NCBI GenBank assembly: GCA_038231515.1
Contig: JBBRLF010000002.1
Coordinates: 1-48,938, forward strand
Length of the DNA: 48,938 bases
Direction of reading: 5' to 3'
Origin: a candidate division WWE3 bacterium
Lineage (GTDB): Bacteria; Bdellovibrionota; UBA1018; UBA923
Shown here: piece by piece, positions 12,923 to 20,956 of the stretch
Layout: each line of letters begins with the position of its first letter
Numbering within the stretch: the stretch's first letter is position 1
Notes under the pieces: generated by a model
What the model was told of the DNA's origin: nothing
The model's input: only the letters and a program-made list of their open reading frames with translations
The model's database searches: none
Made by a program: the position numbers and the translations under genes

Positions 12923-14143
12923 CTAAAATTCCGAAAGCGGTAAAAAAGCTCCGCGCGCGTGATCCAGAATCTTATCGGGCTCGGTGCCGTCTTCAGGGCT
13001 GCTGGCCAGCCCCACCCGGGCCGTGGCTAGAAACTTGGCACTCTCGGCGCCCAGACTTTGGAGCAGACGCCTGACAATTTTTGAAGAATCCGGCTTCTTG
13101 CAGTCGTCCATCAGCACGGCTACCTGATTGCGCTCGGCCAAGCTATAAACCGTGTCACTTGCCCGAAACAGGGCGCTCTTCAATGCCTCATGCACGGGTT
13201 TCACACTGCGGGGCTCGACCTCGAGAATCATGACCGAAATCGCGCCCACTTCGGTGCGCAAGCCAAACAGGCGCGACTCCAGAACCTTCATCAGCGCTTC
13301 TTCAGATTTTAAAACCGGCAGCGCCATCCAGACCCGAAACTTCTCAACACCGTCTCCGGTCACCTCGGCGAATAAGCCGCCACCATGCTGCTTGACCACC
13401 TCGGCGCCAATGGCGAGCGACCCGCCCACGCCTTCGTGTACGCGGTCGAGAATGGCTTCCTGCTGCCCAAAAATTTTAAAAATCGCATCGCGCGGTCCGG
13501 GGTCAGAGCCCGTGACCCTGGCAATGGTGTTGGTCAGCTCGAGTAAAATAAACTCATGGCGCCCCAGCTTTCCTTGAGCCAGGGCCGAGGGCAAGCCACT
13601 GGACTTTACTTCGGTCTTCACTGAAAAGCTGATCTTCGACGTTTGGGGCGAAAAGCGAATCGCATTTTCGAAAAGCGAGCTTACGACCTTCTCCAACCTG
13701 GGGGCATCGCCCAGTATGACTGGCAACCGATCGAGGTCACCCGTGATTGAAAGGCTACGACCGCTTTTGGTCACCTCTTCTTGAAAATGCTCCGTCTGCG
13801 CAATCAGCAGCTGCTTGAGTGAGGTTTCATGGAATCTACAGACGAGCCTTCCCGAAACGAGCCGCGAAAGATCAAGCAGCTGACTCAGCGTGGAGTTGAG
13901 GCGCTCGGCATTGCGGCTGGCCATATCGAGAAACTTTGCCCGGTCGGCAAGACCCAGGTCCTCTTCTTTGAGCATACGCAGCGCATTTATAATGGAGCTC
14001 AAGGGAGTGCGCAGCTCATGCGAGACGAGCGACAATAGATCAAGCTTCACGCGCTCAATCTCTGCATCACGCAAAGCCTTTGGTGAAGCCTTGGGCGCGA
14101 GTTTAGAGGTATTCTTTGAGGTCTGTGTCGTCTTGGATTTCAA
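12923..14143 (-). CDS. soluble histidine kinase with a degenerate GGDEF-like C-terminal domain
   Basis: H-box SHELRTPLSSI about 40 aa from the N-terminus, N-box FENAIRFS, and a G-box-like GVGGSLAIG. No TM or sensor domain is visible. The C-terminal ~120 aa resemble the distal half of a GGDEF domain with the signature replaced. Confidence 0.75.
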   Translation of the reverse strand: MKSKTTQTSKNTSKLAPKASPKALRDAEIERVKLDLLSLVSHELRTPLSSIINALRMLKEEDLGLADRAKFLDMASRNAERLNSTLSQLLDLSRLVSGRLVCRFHETSLKQLLIAQTEHFQEEVTKSGRSLSITGDLDRLPVILGDAPRLEKVVSSLFENAIRFSPQTSKISFSVKTEVKSSGLPSALAQGKLGRHEFILLELTNTIARVTGSDPGPRDAIFKIFGQQEAILDRVHEGVGGSLAIGAEVVKQHGGGLFAEVTGDGVEKFRVWMALPVLKSEEALMKVLESRLFGLRTEVGAISVMILEVEPRSVKPVHEALKSALFRASDTVYSLAERNQVAVLMDDCKKPDSSKIVRRLLQSLGAESAKFLATARVGLASSPEDGTEPDKILDHARGAFLPLSEF

Positions 14144-14465
14144 GTTTAACGAGCCAACCCTCGTCTATCGGATCTTCATTGAGGATCTGAACGTCTTCCG
14201 AAATCGGATCATTTACTTCCAGCACGAATCCGGCTGCAGGAGCAACCACCTTCATAGAACCATCAGCGCCATCGATCTCACAAACGATGTCATCTTTGTC
14301 AAAATCGTCGCCTTCCGACGGAAGGCTGATGCCTTCGATGTCGCCGGTGTCGTCGAGCGCGCTTAAAGTGATGCCGATGGTCACAACGTTGAGCTTTTTG
14401 TGGAACCAAAGCTTGCCGTCGTTGTACTCTATGAGACTTCCAGACCGTGATTCTTTAGCTGCCAT
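14103..14465 (-). CDS. glycine-cleavage H-protein-like (lipoyl-domain fold) protein
   Basis: VTIGITLSALDDTGDIEGISLP ... VAPAAGFVLEVND ... DEGWLVKLE aligns by eye with GcvH. The start is taken at ATG 14465 (MAAKESR). Confidence 0.75.
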   Translation of the reverse strand: MAAKESRSGSLIEYNDGKLWFHKKLNVVTIGITLSALDDTGDIEGISLPSEGDDFDKDDIVCEIDGADGSMKVVAPAAGFVLEVNDPISEDVQILNEDPIDEGWLVKLEIQDDTDLKEYL

Positions 14466-14480
14466 AGGGGATATACTTAC

Positions 14481-15473
14481 ATGGTGAAAACTCAGAAGCA
14501 AAAGAAAGTTTTAATCCTGCACACGGGCGGCACAATTGCCATGGGCATACCGATGACGCCCGACCGTGACTTTATTCGCACGATGGCCAAAAGCGTTCCC
14601 GAGCTGGCGGGCCTGGCCAAGATCGAGATACAGGCGCTTTCTCATAAAGACTCCAGCCAGATCACTCCAAAAGACTGGCAGGCGCTGGGGCAGGTCATTA
14701 CCAGACAGAATGACGACTATGACGCGTTTGTGGTCACGCATGGCACCGACACGATGGCCTATACGGGCACCGCCCTATCTTATCTTTTGCCGTACCCCTG
14801 CAAGCCGGTCATCTTCACCGGCTCGCAGCGGCCGCTTCGGGAACTGCGCTCAGATGCCCGACGCAACCTCATAAACTCAGTGGCCTTGGCCGTGGGGCAA
14901 CGGATATGCGAAGTTTCGATATTTTTCGACACCTTGCTTCTGCGCGCCAACCGCGCCAAAAAAATTCACATCGAAGAATATCATACGTTTGACTCGCCCA
15001 ACTTCCCGCCGCTGGCCGAAGAGCGTTTTAAAACCGTCTTCGCCAAAACCACGCGCGAGTCGCTCAACCGCCCCACTCTGGAACCACTCTTTGATACGCG
15101 AATTCAGATCGTGAAGGTTTTTCCCGGCGCCGACGTCGCCCTCCAGCCCAAAGCCCGGGCAGTGGTGATCGAGGCTTTTGGCTGCGGCAACCTGCCCATG
15201 ACCGACTCCTCGGTGCTGGCTCTGCTCAAGACCTGTGTGCGAAAAAAAGTGCCGGTGGTACTGACCAGTCAAGTTCAGTCTGGCAGCCTTTCTCCGGACA
15301 TCTACGATATGGGGCGGCGCGCCCTTGAGCTGCGGGCAATCTCGTCGCGCGACATGACGTTTGAAGCCGCGCTGGTCAAGTGCATGCTGCTCACGGGCAA
15401 CGACGTCGGCTTCGACGACTGGCCCGTGGCCATTGCCGCAAACTGGGCGGGTGAGATCACGCCGTCGGTTTGA
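14481..15473 (+). CDS. ansA: L-asparaginase, type I
   Basis: ILHTGGTIAM (catalytic Thr motif) and HGTDTMAYT, 330 aa. AGGGGA Shine-Dalgarno lies 9 nt upstream. Confidence 0.9.
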   Translation: MVKTQKQKKVLILHTGGTIAMGIPMTPDRDFIRTMAKSVPELAGLAKIEIQALSHKDSSQITPKDWQALGQVITRQNDDYDAFVVTHGTDTMAYTGTALSYLLPYPCKPVIFTGSQRPLRELRSDARRNLINSVALAVGQRICEVSIFFDTLLLRANRAKKIHIEEYHTFDSPNFPPLAEERFKTVFAKTTRESLNRPTLEPLFDTRIQIVKVFPGADVALQPKARAVVIEAFGCGNLPMTDSSVLALLKTCVRKKVPVVLTSQVQSGSLSPDIYDMGRRALELRAISSRDMTFEAALVKCMLLTGNDVGFDDWPVAIAANWAGEITPSV

Positions 15474-15601
15474 ATGTTTTTCACGGCGCGTGTGTCAAAG
15501 GTTCACCGGTTTTTTTGACTTCGGCACTTTTTTGGCACCAGTTTTCTGGCGCATCAGCCGAAGAGTTCTCACGTCTGAGCTTGAAACAAAAGTAAACCGC
15601 C

Positions 15602-15617
15602 TGGAATAGCGTTTGCA
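15602..15617 (+). promoter_or_regulatory. possible sigma-54 (-24/-12) promoter
   Basis: TGGAAT-agcgt-TTGCA matches TGGCAC-N5-TTGCW at the invariant GG and GC with correct spacing. It lies about 37 nt upstream of the small ORF at 15654. Confidence 0.2.
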
Positions 15618-15653
15618 TTGTGCCTAAGTCAGCCGAGGGGGACTTTTTCCGTA

Positions 15654-15812
15654 ATGAGAACAAAACGCGAGCTCAGCCAGATCTTCTTTTTATTCGTGAT
15701 TCTAATGGCGCTCATGACGCTAAAGCTCGTCAGCGACAGCAACGCCGCCTCGCTCTCAGATGACCTCACCCGCCCGACCCAGCCTGCTGCTACTTCTTCG
15801 GTCCACCCTTAA
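15654..15812 (+). CDS. possible 52-aa small membrane/secreted peptide
   Basis: MRTKRELSQIFFLFVILMALMTLKLVSDSNA... is signal-peptide-like, with GAGGGGG upstream. It converges on and overlaps the last 23 nt of the giant gene. The only support is ORF, RBS and promoter-like signals. Confidence 0.2.
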   Translation: MRTKRELSQIFFLFVILMALMTLKLVSDSNAASLSDDLTRPTQPAATSSVHP

Positions 15813-18800
15813 TATTCGCAATACTCGCCAGGTCACAAAGCGACTGCGACTCCCCGGCATTGCAGAAACACGAGTAATTACAAGAGATCCCCTTTTTAGG
15901 TGCCACGCTCATGCTGTATTTTTCATTGGGCTTCTTGCAGTCCGAACTCGCACCATACATCACTTTTTGACAGGCGCCGGCGTAAGGAAAGCTGACATCC
16001 GTGTCGTACGTGCGCGAGGCCGGCGGGTCGATGACCGCCTTCTTGTTTTTACACGTGGCAGATGGGGCGCACGTGTAGCGATAGTTGCCGTTGGGTGACT
16101 TGGTTTCCAAGGCGTTGGCCGAACGAGGATCGAGGACCTTCGTCGGCTTTCCATCTTCAAGGTTCTCGCACGCCCGGGTAAAATAAACCGGGTCGATGTT
16201 CTTCTCAGGATTGGCCAGCTGCGGATTGGTAGCCGTACAGTCTGCAGCCCCCGATACGCCAAGCAGCATATCCGTGTCGTCCCGATAAAAGTGGATTTTA
16301 TCTTCCACCTCAGTGAAGGACTTTGACGGCTTCGCATTGGGCCAAACAGGTTTGAGCACCACAGCACCATCAGCAGTGGGCTTCGCCGGCGGCGGGGTCG
16401 CTGGGTCCGTCGCAGTGGGCACCCCCTTGCCCGTACCATCGCTGCTGACCACGACGTCCTTGTCATCGACTTTCACAAGCGACACCGCGGCTCGAGCCTT
16501 GTCCGCAGGCATGGACAGACAGACCTTCTTGCCGCCAGCACCGCCTGCTTTGAATTCCTTAAGCAGATTACAAGTACAGAGGTACCGGCACTGAAACTCA
16601 TATTTACTCTTCGACGCGGGGTCGGTCGCCGTCACCGTCTGATCCGTCAGCAGCGGCTGGGGCGGCGAGGCCGTACCCGTGCAGCCATTGGCCGCGGCCA
16701 CCATTCGCGTCGAGGCAAAAAGTGTTTCCGAGGGATTGGGCAGGTCACGACACTTGCCTGCCGCCTCCGACCAGACGGCCGGGGCAATCTTTTCAGGGTC
16801 AACCGTAGCGGGACTGTCGGTACCGCCCTCAGTCGCTACCGCCACCGGCGGCACCTCGGTCGTTGCCACCACGGAACCGCTGGCAACCGGCCCAACCTTT
16901 TCAGGCGAGGCCGCAGTACCCACGGCTACCGTCACCGGCCCACTACCGACTGCCGGCAGGCGGGCGGCAACCGTTGGAGTGCTGGGCGCAGCTACCACGG
17001 CACTCGCAGCCTCAGGCCCGCCATTGGCAAAGACCTTCGAGGCGTCAATCGAGCAGGTCTTGCCCGTGCAGCTGCACGGATACATGCACGAAAATTTCAA
17101 GATATTGCCTGCGCCCGCAAGAAACACCTCGGGCCCTTTGCCGGGTACGCCATTTGATTTACAAGAAACTTCGTTGGCGGCGATCGACTTGCCCTGCTCC
17201 AGGCATTTCGAGGTGGCCACCCGCTCATAATCCTGCGCTTCTTTCTCGGTAGGCTTGACGACCTCCAGGGCTCCTGGTGGATTTCTGTTGAGGCCGGTGA
17301 CCCCGTTCAAATCTTCGCCATTCTTAGGCGAAACCAGCACGGCTTTAGCTCCCGAACAGGCGTTAGTCTGACAATTACACTGGTAAGTGCAGCTGTAGGG
17401 CAGCGGCGCGTGACTGACGTCGCCAGTAAAGTTCGAGGCATAGGTCGTGGTTTCCTCGATAGAGATGGGGCCCGCCGTCTTTTTCGGGTTAGAATCGGCG
17501 CAGGAAGAGAGCACCTTGCTTGTGACCGCGCCCTGAGCGATCTCAAGTGATTTGGGGTTCGGAAAAATGGCGGCGCTGGGCGTGACTCCATCCTTACAAG
17601 CCTTGTCGAGAATGGTGCGATACAGGGCGAAATCAGCCAGGCGGGCCTGCTCGCGGCTTTCTGGAGTATCCAGCGGCGTAACCTTGTCAGACGAAGGCGT
17701 CTGGCCCGAGTAGCTGACTCTTGCCCGGTCGGCATACGCCAAACCGTCAGCGCAGCTGTAGAGACACTTATATTGAAAAACGATCTTGTGGCTCGTTTTG
17801 GTTTCGACGCCACCCGCAATCGGCTCAATCAGAAACTCACTCGGCGGCGTGGCCGCCTTTTGTGGACAGAAAACCTCATACTGCGTTTGAGGAACCGTGG
17901 TTTTCTTTTTAGGATCGGCGTCGGGCTTCTGCTTCTTTCTGGCGTCGTACTCCTTGGTCAGCGCTCCAGTGGGTCCACTGCAGGCGGCTACGGCCAGGGT
18001 ATCAGTCTGCATCCTCGCCTGATTGCGGCTGGCCAGCACCGCGGTGGGCTTGGGTGGCTCGGTAGCCTTGCCGTTCTTCTCGTATCTCGTCCAGTCCGTA
18101 ATCACTGCCGAGCTGGTGGAGTCGCTCGTGGAACCGCTCGTGGAGCCGCCGCTGGGGCCACTCCCAGAGCCCACCGCCACGGTCACACGCGGTACCGTAA
18201 ATCCGACGGGAGTCAGATAAGAAAACTTCGAACTCTTGTCGAGCTTGCCCGCTCGCGCTTTGGCAATTTCGTCAGCCGACGCAGTGGGAATTGCAGCCAG
18301 CCCCGCGGCCGTAACGACGGGTGGAATCAGCACCACGCCGCAGCCCTTGGGGCTCGCGCAGTTGCAGTGAAACTCGCAGCCAAAATCAAGCAACGCACTT
18401 GAAGCTTCGCCAAGCAGCGTGACCTTCGAGCGCGGCTCCACGACCAGCCGGCCTTTGTCGTCTTTCGCCGCACTGGTATTGGCGCAGCCCGTGGTAACCA
18501 CACTGCTCGTCTCGACGGGTGCCGATTTCAAACAGGCTTTGGCTGCGATGCCAAAGCGTCCTTTGCTTTCGTCGTCGCGCAGATAATGCGCGACATCGGC
18601 GGCAACCGTGACCGCGTTTTTATTGGGAGCGGGATTGGGTTCGTCGGCCATGCCCAGATAAACGGGTTCCGGAAAATAGCAGCGAGCCGGATTGCACAGG
18701 CAGCGCGACTGACAGCCCACTCTGACCTTATACTTGGAGTTCGTAGCCCCAGGCGCCACGCCCTCGACTTCGTGAGCCGGGTTAAACAGATTCAGGTCGA

Positions 18801-20952
18801 TGCGGTTTGAGGTGGTGCCATTGCAGGTCTGGTCGTTGGCCACGAGCTGGCTTTCCGAGCTAAACGGAAACTGCCCATTGGTGACGATGTTGCGGCAGTT
18901 CGCCTTTTCCGACTCCAGCGCGGCATCAATCGCCCGCTCACGCGTTTCGAGCTGGCTGGCCAGCGTGGACGTTGCCGCATAGTCGGTCACTGCAGGCAGG
19001 GAGTTGCCCGCGCCGTCGTTTTTGTTTCCAGGCGTGTTCCCGGCAGCGTCACCGGTTCCAGCCGTGGACTTGTCGCCACTCGCGGCGTCGCTGCCCGTGC
19101 CGACCCCGGCACTGGCACCGGCACTGGCCCCGGCGCTAATCTGGGCGCCTGTCGCGCCGCCCGCACCGCTACTCAGCGCTACTTGGGAAGGGTCAAAGGC
19201 TAGCGCCGAGCCGCCGCCCCACTTGGACATATTGGGAAACATTCCGACGTAGGCGGCAGCACCCATGGCCAACTTCGAGTTCAAGTCACACGACTTGTCC
19301 TGCGCTTTGGCCGGCGGATTCTTACCGCTGAAATAAGACTGCGCCAGCTTGTCAGAGCTGGTGCGTGATTTTGCGACCGAGCCTTTGGCCGAGCCACAGA
19401 CCAGCACTGAGATATCAGGATCGCTGGAAACCAGATTATTAAGAACTTCCAGGGCCGGCGCGCTGCTGCCGCGTGCATTATAGAAAGCGTCGCAGTACGG
19501 CGCCAAAGTTTCGGCCAGCATGGCTTTTTTATCGGTCTGCGGCTCACTGGCGACGTAGCCGGCGATTGCCTTGTCGGCGAAAAACTGGGCCACACCGTCG
19601 TTGCTCTGATCGCGCTGCAAGACGTTCAGGTTTTCTGACGCGTCGGTAATCACCTGCTCCTTACCTTTGAACTGAGTCATCTTCTTGAGCTCAACGTCGG
19701 TAAAGGGCGCTGGGCAATGCGGAGCACCTTTCTGCACCTGAAAGTCGGCCGTGTTCTGCACGGCCTTGTCGTAGTCGGCCCGGCGCGACTCCGGCACCGG
19801 AATCACGGCAAAGCCGTCGGGCATGGTCATCTCAGGAATGGCATTTTTAGCTGGACCCGACTTGGAGCGTGCGATTTTGGCAGCCACGCAGCCGCGCAGG
19901 GGTTCCAGAAAACCGGCCAGCGAAATGCCGGGCGCAGGACTGCCCGCACTCAGCTGATCCATCGCGCAGGGGTCAATCGCATGACTCATCGCCGTGGCAA
20001 TCGAACCGGCAAGCTCACTGGGATTGTCCGACAGCAGCGTGGCCGGACAGATCACAACCTTGTTGCGGCCACCGTTGGTGCCGCGCACAAAGAACGTGTT
20101 GTGCTGGCCCGGAAAACAGTACTCGGCGGCAAGACTGTTGTCGATATCCACCTCACGAATCGCCTTCTTCATGCGTGCGAATGTTTCGCGCACAAAGTTG
20201 CTGTTCTGGTCGGTGGACTGGTCTTTCATTGCCGTCAAGACTGCCTCGCGCTGGCGATCGAGCACGCCACCTGGCAGCGACTCGCGGGGCGCCATGATGT
20301 CTTGGAGCTTGCGCAGGGCTGCGGCCGCACGGGGCCCGTACTCCGACTGCACGCCGGCCTGAAGTTTGGTGTCGACGTCTTTTTGCAAAGCCTCATCGTC
20401 CGCATTCTTGGGATTTTTGGCGCGGTCTTGCAGGTCGCGAAACTGGCTGCGCTCTTTGCTGTCCTGCTCAAGATAATACAAAAAGCTCTTTGGCGTCTGG
20501 CCCGCCTTGGCGGCTTTGCGGCCCTCTTCCCGGAACTTTCCAAGTTTCTGGGCAGCGATGGTTTTTTCAGGATCAGTCATCGACTGCTGCAGAATTTCCA
20601 CGCGACGCGCATAGTCCTCGAACCACGTCTTGTTTCTGCGCACTTTGGTACTTGTTGCGCCGCACGCGTAGCCAAAAAAAGTTTTAGCGCTGCAGCTATC
20701 GCCACCCGCGTAGCTCTTGTCGATGATGCTTTCGTGCTTGTAGCAAACCGAGGGCGGCAGGCCCCAATCGCGGGCCGAACGCAGGATACCCGGCACGTCT
20801 TCGAAAGGCAGCGACTCGTCGGCACTGGGATCAACGGTGGGCTCGACCACTTTGGCTGGCCCCTTGGCCAGCGTTACCGAGGCCGTCAGTGCAAAGCTTA
20901 GTGCCACGGTGGCAGTCAGAAATCTGGCCGAGAACGAATTGGGTGTTCTCAT
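15790..20952 (-). CDS. giant (~1720 aa) secreted protein: M13-peptidase-like domain with substituted active site, plus eight Cys-rich modules
   Basis: Start taken at ATG 20952 (MRTPNSFSARFLTATVALSFALTASVTLA signal peptide, GGAG 8 nt upstream). Contains neprilysin/PepO-type motifs FFGYACG and SIATAMSHAID, then a repeated C-x3-C-x-C-xn-C knot. Confidence 0.9.
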   Translation of the reverse strand: MRTPNSFSARFLTATVALSFALTASVTLAKGPAKVVEPTVDPSADESLPFEDVPGILRSARDWGLPPSVCYKHESIIDKSYAGGDSCSAKTFFGYACGATSTKVRRNKTWFEDYARRVEILQQSMTDPEKTIAAQKLGKFREEGRKAAKAGQTPKSFLYYLEQDSKERSQFRDLQDRAKNPKNADDEALQKDVDTKLQAGVQSEYGPRAAAALRKLQDIMAPRESLPGGVLDRQREAVLTAMKDQSTDQNSNFVRETFARMKKAIREVDIDNSLAAEYCFPGQHNTFFVRGTNGGRNKVVICPATLLSDNPSELAGSIATAMSHAIDPCAMDQLSAGSPAPGISLAGFLEPLRGCVAAKIARSKSGPAKNAIPEMTMPDGFAVIPVPESRRADYDKAVQNTADFQVQKGAPHCPAPFTDVELKKMTQFKGKEQVITDASENLNVLQRDQSNDGVAQFFADKAIAGYVASEPQTDKKAMLAETLAPYCDAFYNARGSSAPALEVLNNLVSSDPDISVLVCGSAKGSVAKSRTSSDKLAQSYFSGKNPPAKAQDKSCDLNSKLAMGAAAYVGMFPNMSKWGGGSALAFDPSQVALSSGAGGATGAQISAGASAGASAGVGTGSDAASGDKSTAGTGDAAGNTPGNKNDGAGNSLPAVTDYAATSTLASQLETRERAIDAALESEKANCRNIVTNGQFPFSSESQLVANDQTCNGTTSNRIDLNLFNPAHEVEGVAPGATNSKYKVRVGCQSRCLCNPARCYFPEPVYLGMADEPNPAPNKNAVTVAADVAHYLRDDESKGRFGIAAKACLKSAPVETSSVVTTGCANTSAAKDDKGRLVVEPRSKVTLLGEASSALLDFGCEFHCNCASPKGCGVVLIPPVVTAAGLAAIPTASADEIAKARAGKLDKSSKFSYLTPVGFTVPRVTVAVGSGSGPSGGSTSGSTSDSTSSAVITDWTRYEKNGKATEPPKPTAVLASRNQARMQTDTLAVAACSGPTGALTKEYDARKKQKPDADPKKKTTVPQTQYEVFCPQKAATPPSEFLIEPIAGGVETKTSHKIVFQYKCLYSCADGLAYADRARVSYSGQTPSSDKVTPLDTPESREQARLADFALYRTILDKACKDGVTPSAAIFPNPKSLEIAQGAVTSKVLSSCADSNPKKTAGPISIEETTTYASNFTGDVSHAPLPYSCTYQCNCQTNACSGAKAVLVSPKNGEDLNGVTGLNRNPPGALEVVKPTEKEAQDYERVATSKCLEQGKSIAANEVSCKSNGVPGKGPEVFLAGAGNILKFSCMYPCSCTGKTCSIDASKVFANGGPEAASAVVAAPSTPTVAARLPAVGSGPVTVAVGTAASPEKVGPVASGSVVATTEVPPVAVATEGGTDSPATVDPEKIAPAVWSEAAGKCRDLPNPSETLFASTRMVAAANGCTGTASPPQPLLTDQTVTATDPASKSKYEFQCRYLCTCNLLKEFKAGGAGGKKVCLSMPADKARAAVSLVKVDDKDVVVSSDGTGKGVPTATDPATPPPAKPTADGAVVLKPVWPNAKPSKSFTEVEDKIHFYRDDTDMLLGVSGAADCTATNPQLANPEKNIDPVYFTRACENLEDGKPTKVLDPRSANALETKSPNGNYRYTCAPSATCKNKKAVIDPPASRTYDTDVSFPYAGACQKVMYGASSDCKKPNEKYSMSVAPKKGISCNYSCFCNAGESQSLCDLASIANIKGGPKK

Positions 20953-20956
20953 AATT

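Noticed and set aside
19717-20901. Long antisense ORFs: 394 aa opposite the giant gene, 429 aa (44606..45895) opposite lptD/accD, 265 aa (46882..47679) opposite the MBL/HD-GYP genes, and 250 aa (7828..8580) opposite guaB.
   Set aside because: Each is fully embedded opposite a gene with strong motif support. High GC suppresses stop codons in antisense frames.
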